NCBI RefSeq assembly: GCF_018350175.1
Contig: NC_058383.1
Coordinates: 39,060,001-39,124,000, forward strand
DNA: 64,000 nucleotides
Direction: 5' to 3'
DNA from: Felis catus
Lineage: Eukaryota
Both the position numbers and the translations under genes were made by a program. Within the stretch, counting starts at the first letter, position 1, and each line of letters opens with the position of its first letter. Below are positions 23,661-42,400 of the stretch, one piece after another. Below the pieces are notes generated by a model. It was not told where the DNA came from, did no database searches, and saw only the letters and a list, made by a program, of their open reading frames with translations.

Positions 23661-25852
23661 ATAGGGCTTATAAAATGACAAGATTTTTTTTTTTAATAAA
23701 AAGTGTCCAGAAAATAAATTTCAGATGTCCTATGGGAAAATGGAGCAGGTACAACGAGGACCCGACTCCCACCGCCATCACTGGCACAGGGAGCCCGCAG
23801 GCCGCACCTGACCGCTGGGGGATGGTGTGCAGCCAGGGCCTGGCACCCGGCCTGGCACAGGGTTCTCAGAAAGGGTGCCCACAAAGGGGATCGCCCGCCC
23901 TGGACCCTCCGCCCGGTCTGGGCTCACTCAGCGTTTGCCTCCACCAGTCGGGGGTTACGACGCCCTCCGACCCTCAGCCACTCATCTAATATTTATCGAG
24001 CCTCTACGGTGTACAGGCAGCAAGCCAGGCCCTGGCGAATACGGAATCAAGGACGAGGGCTCTTACCCCCAGGGTCTCGCAATCCAGTGGGCACTGGCTG
24101 TGCAGACAACGAGGTCCCGACGCTAAACCAGAACTGTGGTTACTGGACACACAGATGACGGGAAAGGGGGGAGGGGCCAGGTGGCTCGGACGGCCCCCGC
24201 GGGGTGATCTCTGAACAAGGTCTTAAGAGATGAAGAGGGCTGGGAGCCGGGGAGAGGCACCACCCGGTTTGTACTGGCCTCACAGAGTACGACCACCACG
24301 GGGCACAGGGCAGCTGCCGCACTGGGAGCGGGTGTGCACGTCTGCGTGGACGGTTCCTGAAGTGGTCAAGTGACAAGCAGGCGGCTGAGGAAGGGTACAC
24401 AGGCGTGTTCCCTGAACAGGCACGCAGACGCCACCAACAGTGGTGACCCCGGGGTGGGGGGCGACGGCGAAGATGTCCCTCGTGGACATTCCGGGACCGT
24501 ATTGCTTTTCTGCCTGGTGCACACTTTACCCTTTGAGAAACTGTGAGACGGGAAGGAATGGGAAGCAAGTACCCAGGGGGCACGGGTTTCCTTTCGGGGG
24601 CACAACTAGGTGGCCTGGTGGTTGCACAGCCCTGCGAATGTACCACGTGCCACCGAGTTGGGTCACTTCAAAATGGTTAGGCTCAGTGTGAAAAAGGCCA
24701 CTAAAACAAAGCCCTTCCATGGCCGCCTAGAGGTGGGGACACAAGCTGGGACACGGCTACCGTGGACCAGGCCCACGAAGGGGCCCACGTGAGGGCAGGT
24801 GGTGGGGGGGAGTAGGAGACGAGGGCCCCGGGGAAGACACCGGTCACCGAAGCTGACCCAGCCGAGGGAGGGCAGGCGTCTGAAACGTCAGAGGCCAGGG
24901 TCTCAGTGTCAGTCACAAAACGGTGCTAAGCACCCTTACGGAAGAAGTTGTTGCCGCAGGGAGTTTGGGGACATCCCCCAACCGTGGGCCCCAGAAGCCT
25001 GGCTCACCCCGTTTCCCGTCCAGAACCACCCTGGACTGGACACCGGCCGCACGGGGACTCCTGCTCAGGGGCTGACGGTCTCGAGGGGAGGGGATGGGGG
25101 GGCTGTCTCCGTCCTGGGGCAGGGGCACCCCAGCCTACGAGGGCTGCGAAACCGCAAGCTGTGTAAGGGTCCGAGGCAGCAGAGGAACTGGAAACAGCCC
25201 ATGCCAGACAGCCGGCGGTGTTGGAGGCCAGTGCAAACCCCGGGCGGCAGCAGGAAAGTGGGAGGGGTGCGGGGGGGGCGGGAAGGGGGGGGCGCCAGGA
25301 CCCGCACCTGCCCGGTTGCGTTTTTTCTTTAGGGGATACAGCTGCACCCAACGGAAACGCCAGGGGTTAGAAAAGGCATTAATGTTGACTTATACAGACT
25401 CGCAGATAGAACAGTCTCGTTTTTGAACGAGTAGGACTTTTTGATACTGGGCTTCACGTGTGACAGGGACCCGTGCCATTCTGGACTGAGACTTTGGACC
25501 GGGATTCCTGACGGCCGCTCCCCTCAGTGCTCACACCGGCGGTGTGCGTCCTCGTGATGGGTGCTGAGAACAAGCATAAACCAGATCAGGAAGGACTCGG
25601 TTCGCTCCGGCCACCGCACCAAGTGCGGGAGGGGTGTCTCCTAAGGGAGAGAAACTTCTCTCTCAGGATCAGCTAGCGCAGGCTTTGAAAGTCGCCTTCA
25701 AGGGAGTAATCCCCCCTTGTCCTCCCAGCTCGCCCTTGTCCTCCGCGACGTCAAGGTAGTCACCCCCAGAGATGACGCACCCACGATCCCCCAGACCACT
25801 GACACGTTTTCACACCAAATATTTCAGTGTTGTCCGTTAGCTCTCATTGATT

Positions 25853-25905
25853 TTTATTTAGGACTCAAATGAACACTGACCAACCACGTTACAAAATCCT
25901 TTATT
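25853..25905 (-). terminator. Tandem AATAAA signals, probable end of the ~4.2 kb TBC1D24 3' UTR
   Basis: tttatt at 25853-25858 and 25900-25905 in an AT-rich patch. Confidence 0.5.
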
Positions 25906-26779
25906 TTCACTCTTCCCAACTTAGACTCTGCCGCAAAGCCGACGTCCGCTCGCCACACGCCAGCGTATTTTCACTTGGCCTCACGATTCTTTGTGACACT
26001 CGTTCAGATGCTCCATTTTCCAGCCAATAACCGGCCTGCGCAAGAATGGAAGGTAAGATCATCCACACGACTTCCTCCTCTTCAGTCGTGAGCTCGCTTG
26101 CTTTTGCTGAGGTGAGTCCTCTGCGAGTCAGCGCACCTCAGCGTGAAGTCGAGCAGGGCCCACTCCCGGCCTTCACGCGGCCACGGCGTCCCCGGGCCAG
26201 ACCCGACTTGCAGGCCCCCACGGTCAGCGGTGCTTCTCACCGATGAAATGGCTTCTAGGTGCCCAAACTAACTGGATAACTAGGGAACACGCTGTGGATT
26301 CAGCAATCCGAAGCAGGTTTTTAACAGCTGGTGCGTCTCCGAGGCACGTCACGGGTCAGCATGTCTGCGTGACCGCGTGTCCACTGATTTTGCTTCTTCG
26401 GTCGCAAACACAGTGTTAAATTCCATGCGGCTGGGTCAAGTGAGCACGTCTGCAAGTGTGTGAGGCATTTCATCTTTAGCAGCGAATCACGTGACACCGT
26501 GCCTAACTTCAGGGCACAGTCTGACACTAACCTGATGAAGATCGTGATTCTGTTTTGTGCCAGGTTATTTTTGAAGATCCACACGCTTTCCTGCCTAACT
26601 TAGACGCTGCAGGGTCACGCGCTCGTGAGGTGTCCTTGGTGCTCCTGGCTTCACCGGGTAACTTCCCCACGCAAACGGGGCATTTGGGCGAGGACAACAG
26701 TCAAGATGTGAATCCATGTTTGAGACCGGGGGTGTGCTGGCTAATTTATTTTTTTGACCAGTGTTTCGTCTTGTGAATT

Positions 26780-26963
26780 TTTTCTTAATGTTTATTTTTG
26801 AGAGGGGAGGGAGAGGGACGGAGAGAGAGAGGGAGACAGAGAACCCAAAGCAGCCTCCGTGCTGTCAGCGCAGAGCCGGATGTGGGGATCGAAGTCACAG
26901 GCTGTGAGATCATGACCTGAGCCAAAGTCGGACGCTCAACCTACTGGGACACCTAGGCAGCCC
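26780..26963 (-). mobile_element. Can-SINE
   Basis: Reverse-oriented: polyT, (GA)n, 'gagatcatgacctgagccaaagtcggacgctcaac'. Confidence 0.85.
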
Positions 26964-27571
26964 TCATCCTATGAATTCTGAAGTCACTCTGGATTTAATA
27001 AAAATGTAAATATCTATACAAATTAAAACTATTCCTGGTACAGAGAAAGGGCTGTGGGAAAACTCAAAGAATCTGATTAAATCTGTGGTTAATAGCATTA
27101 TATCCCAATATTCATCTCTGCTTGGATACATGTGCTGTACGAGGCCTCTGAAAGCTTGGTAGGGCCCATGGAAACCCGCTGGGCCACCTCTGCATCTCAT
27201 CCATAAATCTAAAATTATTTAGAATGAAAAGTTACAAAACCCAAATCTGGTAAATAATAAATACTAAAAGACACTATACAGGCCTTATGGCTTCAGGAAA
27301 TGGATAAGAAATTTGAAAGCCTAGAATCTTCAGAATTTTCTGCAACAAGTTGCCAGGAGAAACAAAAAATTAAGCACCCCGCTTATAAAAGTAGGAAAAG
27401 TTGAAATATTAATTTCAATTCAGCAATTAAAACTCTGAAAAATTCATAATACAAATGCCTTACTCTTGTATTATAAATTACTTTTAAAAAACTGACGTTC
27501 TGAAGCCCTAAACGCATATAGTCCACTTCAACAAATTAACTTAATGAACTGATTCAAACTATGTTCTGTTT

Positions 27572-27685
27572 TCTTTTTAAGTTTTATTTAAGTAGTCTCT
27601 ACACCCAGTGTGGGGCTTGAACTCACGACCCCGAGATCAAGAGTTGCACAGCACACTCTTCCAACTGAGCCAGGCAGGCACCCCT
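27572..27685 (-). mobile_element. Short Can-SINE
   Basis: 'tctctacacccagtgtggggcttgaactcacgaccccgagatcaagagt...ggcacccc'. Confidence 0.8.
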
Positions 27686-30036
27686 CAAAATAAACTTCTA
27701 AATGTTTCTAGAAAAACGGGTGATAATTCATCATGCAATTCCATAAAAATTTGGCTATTTTTAACATCAAAAGCTAATTCTAGGTAATCAAGAAGAAACA
27801 ACAGAGAATATTAACAAAACGTGTTCTATTTGGGAACACCTGACATCGCACAAGAATAAATAAGAATTAAAAATGAAGGTAATAGTCACATACCTTTTAG
27901 TTCAGCAGGACAGCTCGGGCGACAACGTCAAAGTGGAAGAACCTGGGCACTACACGTGCACACAGAGACCGCACGCTATAGACAGAGACCCCGTGACTAA
28001 GCCATCATCTCCCTCCTGGGCTGGATTTCTTCGAGGGCCAGGTAGGAGCCTCAGGGCAGCCACAGGGACTCCTCCAGACTCACTCACCAGCAAAGAATTC
28101 CCCAGGCTCCAGAAGTTTGCAGAGGGAGCCACGCAAACAGTGCTTGGATATACCTCCAGTGGCTTACAGAAGGCGGTATTCAAAGGCCCTCAACACTCCA
28201 CTGGTGACGCAGACAGGCATCGTGAAGGTGCAGCCTCCTGTGCCCCATTTGGTGGCCCACCCAGGGGAGCCCCTGGAGGCCCCTCTGGTTGAAGAGACCA
28301 GACTTGGACCCTCAGAGTTCATGTAACAAGACCGTGTTTAATGAACACCAAAGTTGCGCCACAGGAGGGCTGGGGCTGAGGGGGCAAGGGCTGCCGTGGT
28401 GTGCCGGGGGGGAGATGAACTGTGATACTGCCTCCCGGCACCTCTCCACTCACTGGAGACTCACGCGGTCCCCCTCAGAACCTCTGAACAGTCCCACGGA
28501 GACAGCGGTGCAGGATGACTGGCCCCTTTTTACGGTTGGGGAAAATGGGTTCCAGACAGGTCCACAGGCTTGCCCAAAGCCACACAGGGCTCCTGGTCCT
28601 TCCTCCTGCGCCACGGCGGCCCGGCTCAGAGGAGACTGAACTAGGAGGGCCAGTGCCCCACAGGAGGACCAAGCAAGATGGAGACAGCAGAGGCATCACG
28701 CGTGGGGACACCGAGAGGCTGGCTGCAGCCACGTGGGGGCCAGGACCCCAGCACCTGTGGCCCAGGCTGCCAAAGCCCCCAGCACGGCTGCTTGGGTGTC
28801 TGTCTGTCTGCTCCCCCCCTCCCGCCCCCTCCCCGGGTGCCCAGGCCCTCAGGACCAGCTGAGGGAGGGCATGGGGTGGGAGGTCACTCCCCACAGCACC
28901 CCCTGGCAAGTCTGCACGTGGTCCCTACAGTCTGCAGGGCGTGTGCAGAGCCAGGTGGGGCAGGGAAGTGGGGGACAGGCCGCAGCACGAGGGCACCACA
29001 CTGTGTAGCCAAACACAGGGCTGTGAGAGGCGCACAGAGGGGCATGTGGTGAAGGCGCCGTGTGGGAAGGATCTGGGGAGGGGGGGCCCGGCAACCTGGG
29101 GCCCGTGGGGATGGACAAAGACGAGCATGCCACGCTGAGGAGTCTGGACAGGATCCTGGGGCCACTGCAGGGACCGAGGGGAGCAGAGGAGGCCCCCCCT
29201 CCCCCGCAGAGAGGAGGAAGGCTGAAGAAACCCCCAGGGGTCTGGGTTTCTCTGGACAAGCCTGTGGAAATGCAGCTGGCGGGTTTGGGGTCAGTGGCAG
29301 AGGGCCCGTCCCTGGGCCGTCCTGGGCAGCCTCTCCAGTTGTGAACCCACAGAGAGGCCCCGCAGGAGCGTCAGGCTCTGAAACACGAGGACACATAACG
29401 TCCTCTCCAGCCCTGCATCATTCCGGCTCTCCCTCCCTCAGGAGGGGCCCAGATCCTGCCCTCACCTCTTTCACCTTGCAGCTCCTGTCCAAGAGGCGGC
29501 CACCAGAGGCCAGCACCAGAAGAGGACACTGGGTGAGAAGCCCTGGACAGTGGGAGGGGATATGGACAGGGGGCAGCCGCCAGGGCGTCTGTTCTCCCGG
29601 GGGGCCTTCAGCAGCCCACCAGGTGGCAGCCTCAGGGCTCCGTTCAGAGCCGTGCTAACAGGCCCCAGCAGGGGGCGCCATGGACCCACACTTGCCGGAA
29701 GGTTGCTTCTGGCTTTCGGAGTCCCCACCTCCGCACCAAGGGACTAAGACTCAGGGGCTGCAAGATGTAGCCCCTTCCAGGCGTTGGGCACAGGATGCTC
29801 CACAGAGAAGCAGAGCCTGAATCCAAGCAAGTCTGCATAGGTCTGAGTAGGGCAAGGCTCAGCCAGCTGAGGCCCGGGCACCCCTTCCCAGCCCAGCACC
29901 AGAGCCCCAGCTGCACCCACATGCTGCCCACCACACGGAGGGGGGGTTCTTCCTTTACTGCCTGCCCCATGAAGAGGGGGCCACTGCCCCACCCCCACCC
30001 CACGGTGACAGCTCCGTCCCCACGTGCGCAGGCCTG

Positions 30037-35506
<5,470 letters not shown>

Positions 35507-35644
35507 CTAAATCCCCCAGCCCCGTCTCCTAGGCTTTGCTGCTGACCTCTTTGCCATCCTGTACCCTGTCGGATTGAAAGTCAGGCTTAATGTACGCATA
35601 GGTTATATATTAACCATATACGACAGTTCACATTTTTTTTAATT

Positions 35645-35854
35645 TTTTAAATGTTTTTATTTATTTTTGAGACAGAGAGAGACAAAGCATGAGCAGGGGA
35701 GGGGCAGACAGAGAGGGAGACACAGAATCCGAAGCAGGCTCCAGGCTCTGAGCTGTCAGCACAGAGCCTGACGCGGGGCTCGAACTCACAGACTGTGAGA
35801 TCGTGACCTGAGCCGAAGTCGGACGCCCAACCGATTGAACCACCCAGGCGCCCC
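35645..35854 (-). mobile_element. Can-SINE (young, feliform type)
   Basis: Near-consensus body; TSD agttcacatttt at ~35625 and ~35858. Confidence 0.92.
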
Positions 35855-35936
35855 GAAAGTTCACATTTTAAAGAGCATGTTTTTATTTTCATTTTTCTAT
35901 GAAGTATTAGGAGGGCTTCTACTTAAAACAAGTGGA

Positions 35937-36165
35937 GGGGCACCTGGGTGTCTCAGTCGGTTAAACGCCTGACTGTTGGTTTCAACTCAGGTCATGATCT
36001 CGCGGTTTGGGGGTTCAAGCCCTCCGTCAGGCTCTGTGCTGACAGCTTGGAGCCTGGAGCCTGCTTCAGATTCTGTCTCCTCCACTCTCTGTTCCTTCCC
36101 GTTAGCTCTCCCTCCCGCCCTCTCTCTCTCTCTCTCTCTCTCAAAATACACAAACATTTAAAGAA
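35937..36165 (+). mobile_element. Can-SINE
   Basis: Head ggggcacctgggtgtctcagtcggttaaa, (CT)n tract, TSD-like aaaacaag. Confidence 0.88.
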
Positions 36166-36989
36166 AAACAAGATGAGTGGATATTTTGAGAAGTCACTAT
36201 GAACTCTGGAGTAGAACTTCTTTTCATGCAGTTACTGGAGTAGATCACACAGATTCTGAGTAATGAGAGCCTAAGGCTCAGATCCCAGAAGGGCTAGGCC
36301 AGCCAGATCCTGCTGAAGACAACTCTCTGCCGGGTGTGGGCGGGCCCCCCAGCCCTCCTTCCCCACCAACACCGGGGCGGGGGGGCTCGCTGGACAAGAG
36401 CACCCCAGCCAGTTAAGAGCTGCCCAGTGTCTACTCCCTAAGGCTCCGGGCCTCTGCAGCTGCGCCGAGCACGGCACCACACAACTGCTCTGCCCCACCG
36501 GCCCTGGGTCAGAAGCCACAGGCCAGCCCTGAACTTTCTAGAAACGCCAGCTGAGTTTCAGGTAGGCCTTCCAGAGAAGACTTGCTGTGGGGGAGTAAAC
36601 GGGAGGGCTGAGAAAGAAACAGAAGGTGTCACTGCTTCAAAATTAAGACATTTCTGGGTCCACAGGAGCCAGAAGTATCACACTGGGGGGTCTGGTGCTG
36701 TCTCTCCATTACGGGAAACTTGTGAGATCCAGGCGGACGTTGCACACAGCGAAGGTGTGCTGACACACCCAAGAGCAGCATGTGCCCACGCACCTCAGAC
36801 TAGCCTTTCCGCCTGGGACAGTACAGGGTCCAGAGACGTCATAACGGTTTGCTTCAGCAAGTTTCAGTAGATGGCCAGATCATTCCAGTTTCTCCTGCAT
36901 CTGTAACATTCATCTGAAAATACAAAAAGGAAATAATACCTTAAAAACGTGGAGTGGAAATTAAAGAATTATAGTCTAAAAGCTGTATA

Positions 36990-38100
36990 TGTGAGAAGCC
37001 CCTCGGTGCAGTGTGGCTTTTCTCACTGTGGGAAAACATATGTAGAATTACCAGGGTAACCGTCTCTGAGTCTACGGAACCGTGGCAGGAAGTGCAGTCA
37101 CACTGTGCCCTCACCACCACCGTCCCCACAACTCTTTCGTCTTCCCAGCTGAAACTCTGCCCCCAGGACGCATGGACTCCCCCTCCCCCAGCCCCTGGAG
37201 CCCACCCTTCTCCTTTCTGTCTCTACCAAGGCAACAACTCTAAGAATCTCACAGAAGTGAAATCACACACATTTGTCATTTTGTGACTAGCTTATTTCAC
37301 TGAGCATAATGCCTTCAAGGTTCATCTAGGTTATTTTTTTTCAATTTTTTAAAATGTTTATTATCTATCTATTTTTGAGAGGGAGAGAAAACAAGTGGGG
37401 GAGGGGCAGAGAGAGAGAGAGAGGGAGACACAGAATCCTAAGCAGGCTCCAGGCTCTGAGCTGTCAGCACAGAGCCCCATGAGGGGCTCGAACCCACGAA
37501 CCATGAGATCATGACCTGAGCTGAAGTCAGACACTCCGACTGAGCCACGCAGGCACCCTGATTCATTTACGTTTATAGCATACATGTATCAGGATTTTTT
37601 TTAAGATTATTTTTTAGAGCAGTTGCAGGTTCACAGAAAAGTTGAGAGGAAGGTACTGAGATTTCACACATACCCGCTCCCTCGTCAACACCCCCCAGGG
37701 GAGCGGGGCATCTGGTCCAGCTGAGAAACCTGCATTAAGACGTCATCATCACCTAAAATCGGCAGATTCATGAGGGTCTGCTCCCAGTGTGCATTCTAGG
37801 AGTTTGGACAAATGTGTACGACACATATCCTCATTACAAAATCATACAGAGTAGTTTCACTGCCCCAAGATACCTCTGCACTCCACCTACGTGTCCTGCC
37901 CCCCCATTTACCAGAATTTCATTCCTTTTTATGGCCAAATAATACTCCATTGTGTGACCAGAACACATTGTGCTTACCCACTCATCTCTGAGTGGACGCG
38001 GGCTGCGGCCACCTCCTGGCAATTTGTTGTAAGTAACACTGTGAACACCGGGTGCCCAGGTCTGGTGGAGTCCCGGCTTCTGGCTCTTTTGGATACATAT
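36990..38100 (-). mobile_element. Old L1 (L1M-type) 3' region fragments interrupted by a SINE
   Basis: 'ttttgtgactagcttatttcactgagcataatgccttcaaggttcatc' and 'aatttcattcctttttatggccaaataatactccattgtgtg' match L1 3' sequence. Confidence 0.65.
37340..37558 (-). mobile_element. Can-SINE
   Basis: PolyT, (GA)n, 'gcaggctccaggctctgagctgtcagcacagagccc'. Confidence 0.88.
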
Positions 38101-38119
38101 CAGTTGACACTGCTCTTTA

Positions 38120-38330
38120 TGTATTTTTTTTAATGTTTACTTATTTTTGACAGAGAGACAGAGCGAGCGTGAGTGGGGGAGGGGCAGAGAGGCAGACACA
38201 GAATCTGAAGCAGGCTCCAGGCTCTAAACTGTCAGCACAGAGTCCGATGTGGGGCTTGAACCCACAAACTGTGAGATCATGACCTGAGCCGAAGTCAGAC
38301 GTTTAACGCACTGAGCCACCCATGTGCCCT
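38120..38330 (-). mobile_element. Can-SINE
   Basis: Consensus body; TSD-like tgaca(c/a)tgctct. Confidence 0.88.
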
Positions 38331-38341
38331 GACAATGCTCT

Positions 38342-38975
38342 CTTTTTCTTTTTAACTTGTTTTATTTTTTATTTTTTAAAATTTACATCCAAATTAGCTA
38401 GCATATAGTACAACAATGATTTCAGGAGTAGATTCCTTAGTGCCCCTTACGCATTTAGCCCATCCCCCCCCAACCCCTCCAGTAACCCTCTGTTCTCCAT
38501 ATTTAAGAGTCTCTTCTGTTTTGTCCTCCTCCGTTTTGATATTATTTTTGTTTCCCTTCCCTTGTGTTCATCTGTTTCGTCTCTTAAAGTCCTCATATGA
38601 GTGAAGTCCTATGATATTTGTCTTTCTCTGACTAATTTCGCTTAGCATAATACCCTCCAGTTACATCCACGTAGCTGCAAATGGCCAGATTTCATTCTTT
38701 TTGATTGCCGACCAATACTCTGTTGTACATTATACCACATCTTCTTTATCCACTCATCCATCCATGGACATTTGGGCTCTTTCCATACTTTGGCTATTGT
38801 TGATAGCGCTGCTATAAACATTGGGGTGCATGTGTCCCTTCGAAACAGCACACCTGTATCCCTTGGATAAATGCCTAGTAGTGCCATTGCTGGGTCGTAG
38901 GGTAGTACTATTTTTAGTTTTTTGAGGAACCTCCATACTGTTTTCCAGAGTGGCTGCACCAGCTTGCATTCCCAG
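38342..38975 (-). mobile_element. 5'-truncated carnivore LINE-1 (ORF2 C-terminus + 3' UTR + polyA)
   Basis: ORF 38642-38959 reads QPLWKTVWRFLKKLKIVLPYDPAMALLGIYP...CTPMFIAALSTIAKVWKEPKCP, the L1 ORF2p C-terminus; T-tract at 38342-38378. Confidence 0.92.
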
Positions 38976-39354
38976 CCCCATCACTGCTCTTATAGGAGCT
39001 TCCCCATAGGGAAGATTAACTAAGGTTTTGTGACAACACCCATTTACCAGGTCCCAGCAGAAGCGCCTAGTCCACAGCAGGAAACTAAGGTTTTGTGACA
39101 ACACCCATTTAACACATCCCACAGCAGGACCTCATCCACAGCAGGACCCTGTGTGGGGCTGGGCTGGAGTTTCCCTGCGCAGAAGAAAGGAAGCTTTAAT
39201 GGGAGCCTGGGTGGATCCTAGGTGGGAAAGTAGCCAGGGGCACTCCTTTCTCCCCAGGCCCTGAAGGTTGGGCCTGTGTGAACCCCCAGAGCCACACCCA
39301 GGCTGCACCCCACAGTCCCCATGTGCAAACTACCTATACTTTTCGTATGTATGT

Positions 39355-39452
39355 ATGTACTCATTCATTCAAAGTAATCTCTACACCCAGTGTGGGGCTC
39401 GAACTCACAACCCCGAGATCAAGACTCTTGCGACGGAGCCAGCCAGGCGCCC
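39355..39452 (-). mobile_element. Short Can-SINE
   Basis: 'taatctctacacccagtgtggggctcgaactcacaaccccgagatcaagact...ccaggcgcccc'. Confidence 0.8.
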
Positions 39453-42400
39453 CACCTGTAGGGTTTCCATCCCTCATTCTAGGCTCTGAGCCCATTACCC
39501 TCTAAAGGGGACCCCAGGCCCTCCCTGTCTGCGTGAAAAGCAGCAGCTTCCTCTGGGGGCAATAAACATGTTTATGAACAGAACAAGATCCAGGCAGGAC
39601 GGCACCAATCCTCATTCAACTGGCCTCACATCCGGGTTGAATATTAAACTGGAAACTCCAAAAACCATTATCGCACCTACAAAGTTCCTTCAGAAGGACC
39701 TTCAGCGAGAAGCAGACAAAGCGTTACAGCAAGTAACCCAGGGACACTCTGGATTCAGGGCCTCCGAGGCAAGGACATGTTCAGGAGACCCCGAAAGTGC
39801 TCCCTGGACCCCAACAGGCCTCCTCCTAAGATCCCCACCCAAAAAGAGACCTTGGCATTTCTGGGGCCGGGCAAACAAGGTTTGCGGTGACATCTTCAGG
39901 CATCTGTAAGACCAGCTCCAGGGTCGTTTCCTTAGTTGTTGTTTTTAAAATAAAAAGGCAAATAATACGAAATTACAGAACAAAAATGTCAAGTCCTGTT
40001 TCAGCTATCCCCCCAACTGTCCCTGCTCTTGTACCGGAAGAGAATCACTACTCACATTTTAGCGCATATCGCGCAAAGCCCTTTCCTTCGATTGACAGAT
40101 ACACTCATTCACAGCCAGGCTCCGCTGTTTAAGCTTGCCGCTGGGAGGGAGAAGCCAGAGGGCAGGAGACAGACCAAAAATTTAAAATCGAGTCGAACAT
40201 CACGCTCTGGAGGTCAGTTTTGGAGCTGTTGCGCCCCCTCCGCAGGGACCCTTCCCCATGCCCCCCTGCACCTGTGGCTAACCCCCCTCCCCCCTCCCCA
40301 CAGGAACCAGGCCACACCTGCTCCCCACGCTTCCACATCCCTTCCACGTCCCCCATCTGTACCCGGCGGTCAGGGGCAGAGAAGGGAGGCAGGAGCTAAC
40401 GCAGAGACCATCCGGTTTTCGGTCAGTCAGGCCTGGCTTCCAAGTCCAGCTTTGGTGCTTGTTTGCAGGAACCTCACACAAGCCATGCCTCTTCCCCAAA
40501 CGGCGGGTGCCAGTGCGAGACAGGGAGCCGACGGATACCACCACCTCGTGCAGCCCCTGCTGCTCACCCTCAGGGCTCACTGGCTGGGGTGTGAGGGCAC
40601 CGTGCAGACAGGCACACCCCCACTCACTTCCTCTCATCCGTCTGTGCTCTGGCAGCCCGGGGAGGGGGGCGGGGATGGCCAGCAGGTGCCCTGGAACCCC
40701 GCCTTCCTTGGGCCTCCAGATGGGGAGGGAGGTATGCTCTTTCACCAGTAACACTGCACTCGCCTAAAGGCCACCCCCCCACCATTCTCGGCAGGGGAAT
40801 GAGGTGGGGGCGGGGCTGGCTCTCTGAGGGGACACCTCTCCATCAGCCCTGTTGGAGGGGGCTGACCCCAGCTGCCTGCAGCTCCCTGAACTTGGAATGG
40901 AGGCAAGTATTTTGTGTGTCCTGTCCTCGGTTCCGGGCCTAGTCTGCAATTCCGGGAAAAAAGAAAAAATTCCACTCATCATCCTTTTAGACTCACAAGA
41001 AACGCAGACAGTGATCATCTCAGACACTGGGGACACAGCACGTCTGGAGGGTGACAGCTACTTTACTAGGGTGCCCGGGGTGGACCTCTCCCAATTTGAG
41101 CTGAGGTGACGAGAAGGAAGCAGCCGGGAGGGCAGAGGAAAGGTCACCATGCACAATGTGGAGAGCAAAGGCCCTGAGGCAGGACCAGGCTGGTGTGCTC
41201 CAGGAAAAGAAGGGCGTCCAGTATGGCCGGGGCACAGCAAGCAAGGGGAAGAGCCCAGAGACATCCAGGGGCCGGATCGTGCACGGGGAGGAGCCTGGAT
41301 TTTCTTGTAAGGGGAGCCAGAATTGGGGAAGGGAGGCGATCCAACCCATGTGCCAATTGTGGTGAGGATTAACTAAGTTGGCTCAGAGAAAGCACTCCGC
41401 CTAGCCTGGCACGCAGGGCAGCTCAGATGTCCCTGGGGCTTCTCATTACCGCCCCACAGGGTCTCCTGGCTTGGCACGGGCTCAGAGCCATTTGGATAGT
41501 GACCGGGACCTGGTGGGTCAACACGCGATCGGTCCTGCAGGGGGGCCCAAGTATGGCTCCTCCTTGTGGGGTATGTTCTTCCACAGCCCCACACAAGTCC
41601 TCTGCTCTCTCTTCAGGGACAGTCCCTCCAAATGGCCTGCTTCCCCCACCCCTAGAAGCCCCTTCTTCCGGTGCTCTCACTTCCCTTTCCCTCACACACA
41701 CCGGGCCTGTTTTCAGAGTTCAGCTGTAAATGGGAAGCAAGAATTTCTTAAACGGAAATAAAACACAACTCTCAGTGGAAACGTGTGACCTCTCTTTCCC
41801 CCAAATATTATATTGCTATGTTGGTGACACTTTGGTCCAGCTCCCCTTCCTGTCGTGGTGACCACCATACCCTTGGGCCACGTACACCATCCTGAGTGCC
41901 AAGTCAAGTTCACATCAGGCTCCGGTGGATCCGCCGCACGGGGGGGGGGGGGGGGGGGGGGCCCTTCCCACAGGCCCCGGGGCCAGGGTGGCTGTTCCTG
42001 GGGAAGGAGCTCCTGTGAAGCAAACACCCTCACTGGGTACACCTCATGGAGTCAAATCAACTCCGCCCTCCAGGGCAACAGGAAGAGAAGGTGCTGGCCT
42101 GGGGTGGAGGAGCCCAGGCACCCCAAACCTGTGGGCTCTGGTCTGTCGGGTACACGGTGGCCCGGTGGACAGGAGCTGGATGAGAGGGGAGAGCAGACAC
42201 GGCGGGAGGGACGGCGGGGTAGGAGATGCCCAGCAGCAAGCCCCTGGCACCACCTGTTCAGGTAGGACCCATCCCACCCGGGTCCTCAGGGGCCACAGCG
42301 GCTGGCTGCCAATGGCTTCTGCTTTGCATTCCTATGTCCCTTAACCCTGACAAGTCAGCAGTGTGGGGAGTGGCTCCACGTTATGGATGAGGACACCAGG

